Below the pieces are notes generated by a model. The model worked only from the letters and a program-made list of their open reading frames with translations. It made no database searches and had not been told where the DNA came from. A stretch of 64,000 bases of DNA from Felis catus (taxonomy: Eukaryota): contig NC_058368.1 of assembly GCF_018350175.1 (NCBI RefSeq), positions 170,626,001-170,690,000 on the forward strand, read 5' to 3'. The translations under genes and the position numbers were made by a program. This document shows, piece after piece, positions 1 to 13,360 of this stretch. Each line of letters begins with the position of its first letter. Position 1 is the first letter of the stretch.

Positions 1-455
1 TTTTTTGTTATTGGAATCATCCTTTTGAAATTTGAACCATAGTTAAGTTTCAATAGAAATGTCATCAGAAGACCTAAATGTTTGTACATGAAACACTGAT
101 ATTATTCCTTCTCAATTTCATTTAAATCTTTTTGCATTGGAGATTTTATATAGTATACATATATAATGTATATCAAGTTTAAGCCCAATTAAATCTAAGA
201 TTAGGTAGTTAACTGTAATATTGAAAATAACAGCTATTTAATGTTCACAGTTCCTAGGAATTTAGGTTTCTGGTGGATTATAGATTATTATTTGGTCAAG
301 CAAAGCACGTAGTGGAGGGATGATAAGTTAAAACAAACATCTTGCCCTGAAAGTGCTTAATGCTCCTAAAACAAATTAAGTCATGTATATAAATAGCCGT
401 AATATGAAGTAGAAAAATTGACAAGAGGAATATATTTGCTTTAAAATAGTGCTGT

Positions 456-720
456 GGGGCACCTGGGTGGCTCAGTCAGTTGAGGGTCCTACTTCAGCTC
501 AGGTCATGATCTCACAGTTTGTGAGTCAAGCCCCACGTCAGGCTGTGTGCTGACAGCTCAGAGCCTGGAGCCTGTTTCAGATTCTGTGTCTCCATCTCTC
601 TCTGCCCCTCTCCTGCTTGTGCTCTCTCTCTCTCTCTCTGTCTCTCTCTCTGTCTCTCTGTCTCTGCCTCAAAACAAAACAAAACAAAACATTAAAAAAA
701 TAAAATAAATACAATAAAAT
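456..720 (+). mobile_element. Can-SINE (SINEC)
   Basis: GGGGCACCTGGGTGGCTCAGTC tRNA-derived head, (CT)n tract, A-rich tail. Confidence 0.93.
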
Positions 721-735
721 AAATAGTTCTGTGGA

Positions 736-940
736 GGGGTGCCTGGGTGTCTCAGTTGGTAAGCATCTGACTCTTGATTTTGGCTCAGGTCATGATCTCA
801 GGGTTCAAGTTCGAGCCCTCCAGCAGGCTCTGCACTGACAGTGAAGAGTCTGCTTGGGAGTCTCTCTCTCCTTTTCTCTGCCCCTCCCCTGCTCACGCAT
901 GCACTCTCTCTTAAAATAAATAAGTAAACATTAAAAAAAA
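736..940 (+). mobile_element. Can-SINE, older subfamily, tandem to the previous one
   Basis: Head GGGGTGCCTGGGTG, body ctcttgattttggctcaggtcatgatc, A tail. Confidence 0.92.
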
Positions 941-1627
941 TAGTGCTATGAAAACTTGGAGTCTAAAGAAAATTACTTCCAGTATGTGATGAGAGAAGGC
1001 TTTCTCTTAGCATATAGTGTTTGGCTCAATCCTGGAAAACTGACAGTGGGGGAAGCACATTCTAGGCAGGGTGAATAGCACCTGAGTAAAGGCAAGGGAT
1101 GAGATTGGGAAGTACAACCTTTTAGAAGGGGTCAGGGAGAAAATATGTTGGCAGGGAATTAAAGAGAATAGGGAAAGTGAAATGAAAAGTAAATTCACAA
1201 AATTTTTTGCTCAAGGCTTATGGATTGGTACTTAGCTGGTATGGTTTAACTTTGGTATATAACCCTAAGGTAATCATAACCATTACCATAGCTGTTAACC
1301 ATAATCATAACCAAAATCGCAATCACACCTATACACATGTCCAAATCTTTGGGAAATCACATGGATTTGTGGCTCTCAATTCTATAGGATCAGATACTTC
1401 GTTCACTCTTCTTTAATTACATTAGAGATAATACAACCTAAAACTACATACTTTTGAAAAATCAATATAATGCCCCAACTCTATTAAAAGTGGACAGTAG
1501 TTCATGAAACAATGTAAATTTCACTATGAAAATATTGAATATGACTGTAACAGAAAACATAATGAAGAAGCCAAATATTTGCCTGTTATCATAATGAATA
1601 AGTTTGCACTTAAGAGAAGTTGATGTA

Positions 1628-1866
1628 GGAGCATCTGGGTGACTCAGTTGTTTGAGCATCTAATTCTTGGTTTTGGCTCAGGTCATGGTCTCACGATTCA
1701 TCAGTTCAAACCCCCATCAGGCTCTGTGCTGACAGTGCAAAACCTGCTTCAGATTCTCTGTCTCTCTTTATCTCTGGCCCGCCCCCAGTCATGTTCCCTC
1801 TCTCTCTCTCTTTCTCTTTCTGTCTCTGTCTCTCTCAAACATAAATAAATACTAATTGTTTTTAAA
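1628..1866 (+). mobile_element. Can-SINE
   Basis: SINE body with TSD aagagaagttgat(g/c)ta on both sides. Confidence 0.9.
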
Positions 1867-2184
1867 AGAGAAGTTGATCTAATACACTTTAAGTATAAGT
1901 AAAATCAAAGAGCAGAGGTACAGGGAACATAAAAACCTAGAATTGGGGTAGGTAATAAAAGACAAGACTTACGAATATACAATAAAAATGAGCTAACCTC
2001 AGATGATGTGGGGATAACATCAGACAGTTACAGGCAATTACCTTCAGTCTCTGATACTTGGAGGCCAGGGACAAAGGATGGACTGAAACAAACGGAAACA
2101 CCAGGGGCCACCAAAGGCTGTGTGGCATACTCTTGGAACAGGAAAAAAGTAAGAGTAATCTGTAACTGCCAAAGAAATTTGTTT

Positions 2185-2383
2185 TGTTTTGTTTTGAGAG
2201 AGAGAGAGAGCACCTGCGAGAGCATGCATGCAGGGGAGGGGCAGAGGAAGAATCTTAAGCAGGCTCCACAGCCAGCACAGAGCAGGCTTGATCTGATGAC
2301 CATGAGATCACTACCGTGAGATCATGACCTGAGTTGAAATCAAGAGTTGGAAGCTCAACCAACTGAACCATGCAGGCATCCCC
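2185..2383 (-). mobile_element. Can-SINE
   Basis: Reverse-complement body (gagatcatgacctgag...gcatcccc). Confidence 0.85.
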
Positions 2384-3777
2384 AAGGAAATAGTTTTAAT
2401 ACGCAATTTTATAACCTAGATCTATCCTGTGCTACGATTAAAATTTACATAGGAGGTATTAATATGAAAAATTAAAAAACCCTTTATTGACAAATTTAGC
2501 AAGATTCTTACTTATCATATGTCTTTGTTTATTTAAAAATATTCTTCTCTAAGTCTATTAGGAGTCTGGATCTCCTTTGTTATATGTTTGCAGGTGAACT
2601 AAGAATAAGAATACAGGACAGTAGTGGTATATTGTATTGTCAACTCAAAACCACAGACAGCATTGCTTTCCCTAAAATGATTTCCTGAACTGATGATCAA
2701 CATTCTAGTTGCATTCTTGAAAAATATTAAAACCACGAGAAGATACTTTGTGATTATCTTTTAAAGATTTTAAATGTGTTTATATGTCAAATATTTTAAG
2801 CTCAGCTAATTATAAATTGGTCTTTCAGTTGCATAAACATCAGGTGAGGTATTGGAAAGTTGTGCTCAAGTGAGGCAGCTCTTGACTGTGAGTGACCATT
2901 ACTTTCCGAGGCCCTAACATCTCTTACCTATCCACTAGATGCAGGTAGTAGTCCCTAGTCACTGTAGTGACCCAAAGTGGCCCCATAGATCTATAGAGTT
3001 CTCCTTAGGTTTTGGTGTAACCTTCACTGAAAATCACTGTTGTAGATGTTAATTATCAGTTTGCCAGGGTCAGACTCAAAGACTGAAAACTTTCAGCAAT
3101 GATTTGAAAGATGGCCAAATCATTTTTGACGTTCAGCATTCACTGAACTGCAGGAAGTAAGGCCATCAGGAGGAATAAATGCAAAAAGTGAAATTCAGAG
3201 GTGAAATTAAAACCTCATGTGACACAACACATATTTTTTAAAGTTTGTATCTAACTGCTGTACTCATAGGCTTTTGTAAGTAATTTTGTGCAGATATTTC
3301 ATAAGCATCTTTCTGTGTTGGCATATTACCAGGGAACTATTGAAAAAAACTGGATTATGTAATTCACAGGTCTGTTTTCTATAAAATTTAATATGCTCCA
3401 GTAACTATTACATATCTGAATCACTTCAGAACTATAACAGTAAATATATAAGAATAAGTTCAGAAAAAAATTCAAGTTGTTAAATGTGGAGGAGGAAAGG
3501 AACATTAGAAATTATTAACTTTCTTGAGAGGATAAAGGAGCAGTGCATGACCTAAGTGATGAAGTCACAACCTTGGGAGTCTCTCAGAACCTCTGTTAGT
3601 CAAGCAGATCATTACATCAGTAAATGTAATTTGTCCCCACTCCCATCCTGGAACTGTGATTGTTTTAAAGGACCTATGAACACCTGTTCTTATACACTCA
3701 TTTATAAATGAGAAAAATGATTAATTAGGTGAGTATTTTTGCCCAGACATTTCCTTCGTTAAAAATATTTAATGAAA

Positions 3778-4188
3778 GGGGTGCCTGAGTGGCTCAGTCG
3801 GTTGAGCATCCAACTTTGGCTCAGGTCATGATCTCATGGTTTGTGAGTTCGAGCCCTGCATTGGGCTCTGGGCTGACAGCTCAGAGCCTGGAGCCTGTTT
3901 CGGATTCTCTGTCTCCCTCTGTCTGCCCCTCTGCTGCTTGCACTCTGTCTCTCACATTGTCTCAAAAATAAATAAACATTAAATGTTTAAAAAAAAAATT
4001 TAATGTAAGGTGGGCCTGGATGGCTCAGTCGGTTAAGCGTCTGATTCTTGCTTTCCACTACCAGTGCGTAGCCTGCTTGGGATTCTTTCTCTCTCTTTCT
4101 CTACCCCTCCCCTGCTCTTGCTCTCTCTCAAAATAAAATAAATATAAATATAAATATAAATATAAATATAAATATAAATATAAATATA

Positions 4189-4235
<47 letters not shown>

Positions 4236-4455
4236 TTAATGAAGAAAAAAGAGAGTTGCCTGGGTGGCTTAGTTGGTTAAGCATCCAATTCATGGCTTAG
4301 GTCATGATCTCACAGTTTCTGGATCAAGCCTATCGAGCCTGCTTGACATTCTCTCTCTGTCTTTCTGTCTGCCCTTCCCCCACTTGTGCAAATGAGTGTT
4401 CATGTCCTCACTCAAAAATAAACTTTAAAGATAAAGAAAAGAAAAGAAAAGAAAA
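3778..4455 (+). mobile_element. Three head-to-tail Can-SINEs (about 3778-3997, 4009-4233, 4255-4455)
   Basis: Three SINE heads and tails. The middle copy is internally deleted and has an (AATATA)n/(TA)n tail. Confidence 0.88.
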
Positions 4456-5033
4456 ACATTTAATGAAGTTATCAGTGACCTAAAAAAGAAATTACCTTTT
4501 TTTGCAAAAAATTTTCTATTTTGTAAAATCATAGGTGTTTATCACAGGCTATTTTGATGATGTACTTGTTAATCTTTACTTTTAAACAAGGGAAACCTTT
4601 AGAAACAGTGGAGCTGACCTCAAAGTATATCCCAGAATGGAACTATGTGGCCTAATCATGAACTCCTAGAAGGCAGAAACTCTCCCTACTTAACCTACTT
4701 TGCATGTGTAGCATTGACTAGAAAAGGAACTGGGTTAGGGACACCCTGTATTCATTCCTATCATAGCAATTATTTTCCTGTGTTATAATTGCCTGTCTGC
4801 TTGCCCGTTCCATTCCAGTATTCCCAATACTGGAAAATCCCAAAACTAGAAAATCAGTTTCTTTTATACTAGATTGGCCTAATTCTTAAAGTGATACAGT
4901 AAAATCCTCCTCTATAATTTTTTCAGTTTTATAGTTATAAGTTATCAGTATGTGTTTCTAGTTACTGTATTGTTTGATGCATACAAGTGTATAGCTACTA
5001 CATCATCTTGGCTGAGTAGTGGTTGTATTTTTA

Positions 5034-5238
5034 TTTAAAAATTTTTTTAAAATGTTTATTTATTTTTTGGTACGGTGACAGAGTGCGAACAGGGGAAGGG
5101 CAGAGAGAGAGGTAGACACAGAGTCCAAAGCAGGCTCCAGGCTCTGAGCTGTCAGCACAGAGCCGGACGCGGGGCTCAAACTCATGAACCACTGAGCTGA
5201 AGTCGGACACTTAACCGACTGAGCCACCCAGGCACCCC
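5034..5238 (-). mobile_element. Can-SINE
   Basis: TSD tg(g/a)ttgtattttta. Confidence 0.92.
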
Positions 5239-5399
5239 ATGATTGTATTTTTAAATTGTACCTTGTATATATTTCACTCTCTTTGTATTTACATTTGCCT
5301 AGTAATTATTTCTCTATTTTTTTACTGTCATTTTCAAATTTATTGCTTTAGGTATATTTCCTACAAATAACATATCCTTGGGCTTTGTTTTTTGTTTAG

Positions 5400-6110
5400 T
5401 TCCGTTTTTGAGATATAAGAACATATAACATTATATTAGTTTCAGGTATACAGCATAATGATTCAGTATTTGTATATACAGTTGGTCATTAAACAACGCA
5501 GGTTTGAACTGCACAAGTTCACCTATACACAGATTTTTTTACAGTACTGTATTTTCTCTTCCTTGTGATTTTCTTAATAACATTTTTCCTCCAACTTACT
5601 TTATTGTAAGAATACAGTGTATAAAACAGATAACATACAAAATGTGTTAATCAACTGTTTATGTTATCGGTAAGGCTTATAGTCAACAGTAGGCTATTAA
5701 TAGTTAAACTTTTGGGGAGGTAAAAGTTATATGTGGATTTTCAATACCTGTAACTCCTGTATTGTCCATGGTCAGTTTGAATGAGCACTACATATATATA
5801 CTTTTTTTCTTGTGGTGATAACTTTTAAAATCTACTCTCTTAGCAACTTCCAAAGACATGATATAGGTACAGTATGATTTACTGTAGTCACCACGCTATA
5901 CCTTACATGCCCAGGAAATTTGTACCTTTTGATCACCTTCAACCTTTTTGCCTGCCCCTGCCTCTGCCTCTGGCAAGCATCAATCTGTTATCTGTATTTA
6001 TGAATTTGGATTTGGGGGCAGTAGGGGTTGCTGTGGTTTTAGATTTCACATATAAGTAAGATCACATGGCATCTTTCTCTGTCTGAATGTTTAATTAGTA
6101 TAATGCTCTC
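5400..6110 (-). mobile_element. L1 3' end, interrupted by a Tigger element
   Basis: Typical L1 3'UTR reverse complement (tattagtttcaggtatacagcataatgattc ... agatttcacatataagt). Confidence 0.7.
5479..5778. mobile_element. Tigger2-like non-autonomous DNA transposon (TcMar)
   Basis: TA-flanked terminus cagttggtcattaaacaacgcaggtttgaactgc and degenerate opposite TIR tattgtccatggtcagtttg. Confidence 0.75.
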
Positions 6111-6437
6111 TACATTGGGGTTTTGTTTTTTAAACATAGTTGGAGTAATTTGGCCCTTTCATATTTGAAATAAGAACTTACATACTTCCTGCCATATTAA
6201 TGTTTACTATTTAATTTTATTGTTTTCTCCTTTACTTTTCCTTGTTTCTCTTGATAAGACCAAACTACACTTTACTGTCTTTTTCCTCTTATTTAGTTGA
6301 AAATTCAACTTTATGTTTCAGTTGTGCTAGGGCTTACAGTTTTAAACACAAATTCGCATTTGTGATAATAATAGCAAAATATTAACTTTCTATTATGGAC
6401 ATTACTACTTACCTACCTGATAATCTTCTTTTTATCT

Positions 6438-6865
6438 GTACTAATCAGAATGCAGATTTCTTTGGGGAGAAAGGGTTGCGGCAAACTTGATTTCCTGTGC
6501 TTTTTTTTTTACTAAGAGTGGCCAGGAACCTCTCTGTAGCTAATGATATGCAAGCAGAATTTATTAGGTGGGACTTTAGGGAGAATGATAATACATATAC
6601 TCAGCTGGCATGTATTTTTGACGTTTGCTCTTTCTCTTATCCTGCCTAAAATGCAGATATCTTGCTTCACAAGAAGGAACCATCTTGTGATCATGATGAC
6701 AAAAGCCACAAGGAAGGGGACTGAGTGGGAATGCAGGCATTTAGGCCATTGTTGGCAATGTGGAACTGTGCCAAACTGCCTGTATCCACCTTCTCTTACC
6801 TGAGAAACACAGGCCCCTGTCCGATCAGACTACTTGTTTTGAGTAGCCGAATGCAGTCCAAATGG
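6438..6865 (+). mobile_element. Old MaLR (MLT1-type) LTR
   Basis: MLT1-like motifs (ccatcttgtgatcatga...ccaaactgcct...gtagccgaatgca). Confidence 0.45.
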
Positions 6866-6984
6866 GGACAGTCACCGTGACCAAAGACATCTAATCCCCA
6901 GCTACTCACCTCACATGAGATGGATTAGATGAATGCTCTGATTCCAAACTCTTCCCGAACTTGATAGAATTCTTATATTTATCA

Positions 6985-7180
6985 GGGCGCCTGGGTGGCT
7001 CAGTCAGTTAAGCATCCAACTCTTGATTTTGGCTCAGGTCATGATCTCACAGTCATGAGATGGAGCCCCATGTAAGGCTCCGCACTGATAATGTGAAGAC
7101 TTTGTGCGATCCTCTCTCTCCCTCTGCCCCTCCTCCACTTGCTCTCTCCGTCTCTCAAAATAAATAAATTAAAAAAAAAA
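6985..7180 (+). mobile_element. Can-SINE
   Basis: Head, body and tail; TSD agaattctt(a/g)ta. Confidence 0.9.
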
Positions 7181-10100
7181 AGAATTCTTGTACTTCTCCC
7201 CCTTTCCCCTCATTCTCTACATCAAAAGGTTTGGTGAAATTATTTTGTGTTTTAACTCTCAACTATTATTTGTATTATTTCAGAGAATACCACTTTATTT
7301 CAAAACCCTTCATGATTTCAAGTCACTTCCCATTGCGAAGTTCATTTCTCATCACTTTTCTTTCTTCTTCCCCTTTGCTTATGTTAAGATTTCTGTTCTG
7401 AGTATTCTTTTCAGAAGAGATGTGTGTGAAACCTTCTGTGAGTCCTCGCTTATTAGTCTGTGGTTTTTCCTCTCACTAGCCTGTCAGTGTTATTTAAATG
7501 CTGTCTACTTGCCAAGATCATAGGCAAGAAATCTGATGTCAGTCTGTTCTTTTTTCCTTTGTAACTGATACTTTTTGTCTAGAAGCTTATATTGTCTTCT
7601 ACTTTCATTGACATAAGCATTATTTAAACATTTCAATATAATATACATAGATGTTATCTTTTATAAGTCAATCCTGTTCAAATTCAGTGAGCACTTTTAA
7701 CCTGCAGAATGCAAATCTTTCTTGAAGGCAAGCCTAGTATCTAATTATTGCCTCTTTTCCCTTGTTTCTTTCTCTCTTGGATCATCTATGATTTGCTCGT
7801 TTGGACTCTCATGTGTCCTCCAAATCACTTTTATTTTTCTTCAGGATTTATATATTTATTGATTTTTGCTCCATTTTGAAACATTTCTATACTTTGATTT
7901 TTTGCGACAATAATTCAGTTCTCAGCACTGCTCATTCTGTTCTTTTTTTCATCTAATGTGTGGCATTTTTTAAAAATTAAAAACTATGCTTTCCATTTAC
8001 AGAAAGTATGTTTTAATTCTGTGACCAAATGTCCTTAAGTTCTCTTCTTTTTTTGTTATTGATGATATCAAATGTGTAACCTGTCCATCCCTGAGAGCTA
8101 CTTTTTTGCTGGGAGCCACAAGCTCTGCTTGTTGTTCCCCCATCTGGTGATGGGTCCCTTTGGGCGCTGGTTTTTATTACCTTCAGGGCTCAGGTTGACC
8201 TCATTGGGTACTAGAGACATCAGCATCACCAGCCAAATGGTGGGGCAATGTGAGCTGATGATAGACAAGCATGGCTTGTTCCTAAGGGAACCTCTTTTCT
8301 TTCCACTCTCAGCTACATAATTAGTGTCAGGATGAAAAGATGGAAGTCAGCATTCTCTTGACCATATTATGCTTTGGGTCCTGTTCTAAGCAATTTATGA
8401 AATTAAATATTCCTGTTATAACAACTCTTTGATCTACATACTGTTATCTCCGTTTGATGAAAGAAGAGTCAAGAAACTTGCCTAAGCTTTCACAACTAGG
8501 AAACAGTGGGGCCAGAACTTAAATCTGGGAACTCTTTGTCACTAGCAAGAAAATTAGCACTAGAATGTGCTATTCTACCCACATGAGCATTCCTCACATG
8601 TGTATCCCTCATGGCTATTCCAGGACGAAGGAGATCAGTAGCTCCTTTAAAGGGATCAAAGCTCCCCAGAGGCCAGAATATCACCAGGAATCCCAGGGTT
8701 CAGATCCTCGCATGAGGCTTTTCTACTGCCAGTCTTCATGCTCTATTGGCCAAAGTAGGGAAACATCCTATACCCCATCACTCCTTTGGAACCCAAGTAG
8801 GGCATAAGGCTTTCACATACCCTTTTACAAACCTCCCTCCCTGAGAGCTGTCATTTAACCTGGAGCTACTGTTGCAAGCTGGAGCAGTTTGAATAGGCTG
8901 GAGTCAGCGACATGCATCAATATTGCACCATCCTCTCAATGTAAACTGCTGGAGGGTGGTGACTGCATTCTCAACATCCCTAACATTATAGGAGGTATGG
9001 TAGTAGCTCAATAAATATTTACTAAATTAAATTATAAGAGGCCTTAACCATTGAAACCATCCTTCTAAAGTAGTACGTTAGACCTAGAACTCCATCCCCA
9101 AACTCTAATTCCCAAGCCAATCCTTTTCTCAGTTTTTGGAAAGCCATCTCTGAGATGGCTATCCTTTTACAAGAGGGAAAGGGAATCTTTCATTCTTTTG
9201 GTTATGAGTTTTCAACAATAAAAAAAGTTAAGACTTTAATTTCTTATGGAACAAGTGAAGGAAGAAACACTGTGACCAGAGAACAGCCCTAGAAAACTCT
9301 GTGTGATTGTGTGTGTGTGTGTGTGTGCCCACATGTGCACGTGTGATGCTTGGAGGGAAAGAACATAAAGATCAAGCTGATGAAAAGTTAACATGCCAAC
9401 CCAGCCCCACAAAGAAGAAGGAAATGTTGCTTAGCAACTAGAAGTTTCAGGAAGGAAAATTCTAAATTCCAGTGGGGGAAAGTGTGGAAGGTAGGTTAAT
9501 GTATATCTAAAGTGAAGGCTTTTGAGATGATTGTTGTGGTGAATAATTTGCTTTGAGAAATATGCTGCGGCTTTTCCTCTGCATCCATTAGAAATTTGTC
9601 CCTGTCTCAAAACATAACTAATAAATGGCCAAAATGAATGGAGTGACTAAACTGGGGTCAGCTTGTTCATTATAAACAGATGTGGCCAGGGACCAAAAAT
9701 GAAAATCATCTGCTATTTCACTGCTCTAATTGTTTTGTTTTTTTAATTACCTTATCAATGCATGAATATATTCTCATGGTAGAAGATTTTTAAAATTCAG
9801 AAGTATTAAGAGCAAACCCTGAAATAACCCCTCTAGTATGCTTTTCCTACTTTCCTTTCCCAGTTGGTACCACTTTCAAGAGTCTGATACAGGCATCTTT
9901 CTGTCCTTGCCCATGCATTTGTGTGTGTGTGTGTGTGTTCATGTTCGTGTATTTGCTTTATAATTTTTAACACAAGGGGATCATATCCTACTAGTTGAAC
10001 TTATATACATGTATACATATGTATACACATGTGTATATATACATATATACACATATATATACATGTATGTTTTATAGGCATATGTGTGTATAAGTCATTC

Positions 10101-10401
10101 TTTTTATGTGCCATACACTGTTTTCCATTCACATCTTTTCTATTGACAGGCATCTCAGTGTTTTACACTAATACAGACAATAAATTTATGGATAGCCTTG
10201 AATATATCAATGGGCACTTGAGAAAGTTTTTTCAAAATTAATTTCTAGAAGTAGAATTGCTAGCCTAAAGGATCTTAAGTGTTAGGTATATATTTCCGAA
10301 TTGCCTTCCCAAAAGACTTTAAAAAGTCTACTGCATGTTAATGTGTCCATTTCCCTGTATCTTTCCCACATATGACAGTTTGTGCCATCTGATAAGTGAA
10401 A

Positions 10402-10414
10402 ACACACACACACA

Positions 10415-10459
<45 letters not shown>

Positions 10460-10464
10460 ACACA
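10402..10464. repeat. (CA)n microsatellite
   Basis: Direct observation. Confidence 0.95.
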
Positions 10465-11832
10465 TGATAGCCAGTGAGAATGACTATCCTTTATGTATGC
10501 TGGCCATTTTGTTTCTCTTTTTGAGAATTGCCGTCTGGCATCCTGTACTCATTTTAGTGTTGTTTGTCTTTTACTAAATTATTTATAACAGTCTTTATAC
10601 ATTCCAGTTATTAATACCTTGTCTGCTAAATGTGTTACAGTAATTTATTTCTACCACATATATTTTATCTTTTTTTAATGTTTTATTCCCAATTACACAG
10701 AAGTTTTAAATTTTTTTGGGAGAGAAATCTTTCATCGATACTGGATAGTTTCTGGGTTGGGGGTATACTTGAGAGGAGCTTTGCTACCCCAAAGCTTTAA
10801 AATATTCTGTATTTGCCTCTAACACATATATATTTTTGCTTAATGTTTAGTACTTGAAACCATCTGGAATTTGTTTTAGTAAATAATCTGAGGAAGAAAT
10901 AGTATCTTGCTTTACTTTTTTCATATGATGGCTACTTTCCTCCAAATTAGTAAATATGCAATCTTTTCCCACTGATTAAAAGGCCAACCTAATTGTAAAG
11001 TCTTACATATATGTGAATCTGCTTGTGTACCCTATTCAGTTTTATTTCCCTATTCCCAAACTCTCCAGTTTTAGTTAGAATAGGCCTAATCACATGTATT
11101 CTATCTATTTAGAAGTCCTGCTCATTGATAATCTTTTAGAATTTTTTTTCTCTGCCAGGGAATCTTCTTTTTCATATGAAAGAAATTAGACAGATAAATA
11201 GATTGATACTGATACAGTCTTTTGGATTTTGTTTTCCAAGTATTTAACGTTTTTTAATGAGATCTATTTTTTCACTGCATTTTGCCTATAAAAAGAAATG
11301 TGCTAGCTTTATCTCTGTTTTTCCTGTTGACGGTCATTTCTTTCTCCTGTGTCTTCATTACACTCAGCATTGCTGTGAGAGCTGTCCTTTTCTTGTGTCT
11401 TGAGTTAGAATGCTTCTCAATTTTGCCATGAACTCTGCTGTTTTCTGTAGGTTTCATATAAACATCCTTTATTAATTGAGGATATTTCCTTTTAGCTTCC
11501 ACTTGCTGAATTTTTAAATCATCAAAGAACACTGAATATAATCAATGGATTTTTTCTTTAGTCTGCTAATAATGATATATGCATTTATTTTGTAATATTT
11601 AACCAAGTGTTTTGGGAAACCCTTGTTAGACTTTTCTTTATAAGCATACATTTCAAGATTTTTCCTCTCCCATTTCTACTAAAGAACGGAGGGGAGAGAT
11701 CATTTAACCAGTGTGAATAAGGTAATGGAGTAATAATTGGTTCAGTTTACTACCAGTCATTAGCTGCACCAAGAGGTTAGACAGAGATCTGTCTTCCTCA
11801 CATAAAGTGTGAAGGAAAGGGGTCAGGCACAT

Positions 11833-11895
11833 CAAAACAAAACAAAACAAAACAAAACAAAACAAAACAAAACAAAACACAAAACAACAAAAAAC
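11833..11895. repeat. (CAAAA)n microsatellite
   Basis: Direct observation. Confidence 0.95.
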
Positions 11896-12741
11896 CAGAA
11901 TCTCATAGGCAAGACTGAAACAAGTGTGATGATATCTACGTTTTGTGTAATATGGTATTGGTTATAGAATAAGTGTTCAGTGGAGTAATACTCTGTTTTC
12001 TGAATCTCTTAATGTACTGAAATTTCTGCCTCTTTATTTATCAGATGTACACACATACACACACATATATCTATAACCAAGGGGAGCAACTTTCCTCTGA
12101 TTTTTGCCAACATCAAAGAGAGAGAATTCTACTTGATTATGATGTATTCTTTAATTTTCGTGCTCATGAGAAAAGATTGGATTACATTCCTCTTTTTTGT
12201 ACACATTTGTCCTTTGTTGATGGTAGAGTTTTGCTATTCTCAAAGAATGATTTACCAATGTTTTCATATTTTTTTCTGCTCTAGAACAGTTTACTTATAA
12301 TGTAGAAAATATTTGAAGTTTGATAGAGTCCTTCTATTAAATTATCGGGGCCTGAAGTCTTTTAAAAATAGTTTTAATTTCCTTGTTCATTTCTTCACTA
12401 CTAATACTTCTATTCCTATTTTTTTGTTTTAAGTTAACTATAATAATACATACTTTTCTATGAAGTGATATGCTTCACCTAGTTTTCTAAATTTATGGCG
12501 AAGGAGAGCCATAATGCTTTCTTATAATTCATACCTTGTTTAATGTAATTTTAGTTCTTGTGCCACTTATAATGTTGTTTATCTGTGTCTTTTCTAATTT
12601 TCTTTTCAATATAATTGCCAGATGTTCAATTTAATGGGATTTGCCAAGAACAAACTTGATTTCACTCATTATGCTTACTGTTTTCATGTTATTTAGCCAA
12701 TTTCTGCTTTTATATTTATTAATTCATTAACTTTTTTGGCT

Positions 12742-12963
12742 TTTTTTTTAAATTTTTTTAATGTTTATTTATTTTTGAGAATGAGAGACAGAGTGCGAGT
12801 GAGGGAGGGTTAGAGAGAGAGAGGGAGACACAGAATCCCAAACAGGCTCCAGGCTCTGAGCTTTTAGCACAGAGCCTGATGTGGGACTTGAACTCGGGAA
12901 CAATGAGATTATGACCTGAGCCAATGTTGGATGCTTAATCAACTGAGCCACACAGGCACCCCT
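12742..12963 (-). mobile_element. Can-SINE
   Basis: Reverse-complement SINE ending gcacccc. Confidence 0.92.
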
Positions 12964-13360
12964 TTTTGGTCTCTTGTCAGTCTTTCTTGGTTTCTTAAGT
13001 CATATGTGTGATAGGATGAGTAAATCAGATATTTGTTGTCTCAGTTTAATCTGAAACCCAGAGGCTAAAAGCAGAATAGTAGAGGACAAGGAGCCCTATA
13101 TTTCTAAATGAAGAAATAGTTTATCTGTGTACAACTGACAAAAGAATTAGCTGACAAGCAGTTTTGTGACCCTAAACTCAAGAGGATAAAAAGATTGAGG
13201 TTGGAGAGCCAAGGAAAAGAAGATATTGTGAGGAAGTGTTATCACTTGATGACATTTTCCAACCATACTTCCCTCCACATTTAGTGTGTGGGATGAGTGG
13301 GTGGAGGCAATGTTAACCCTGACCTCTGGACAAATTAGAGTGCCTTGAAGAGATCCTCTT

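Larger units (their letters stand above)
9750..13000 (-). mobile_element. Ancient degraded L1 (3'UTR and ORF2), resumes at about 15590-15950
   Basis: T-rich L1 antisense motifs (agaagtagaattgctag, tctaaatttatggc); the 11272..11532 ORF has ORF2-like remnants. Confidence 0.6.

Noticed and set aside
456..540. tRNA-like A/B-box sequences
   Set aside because: These are SINE heads, not tRNA genes.
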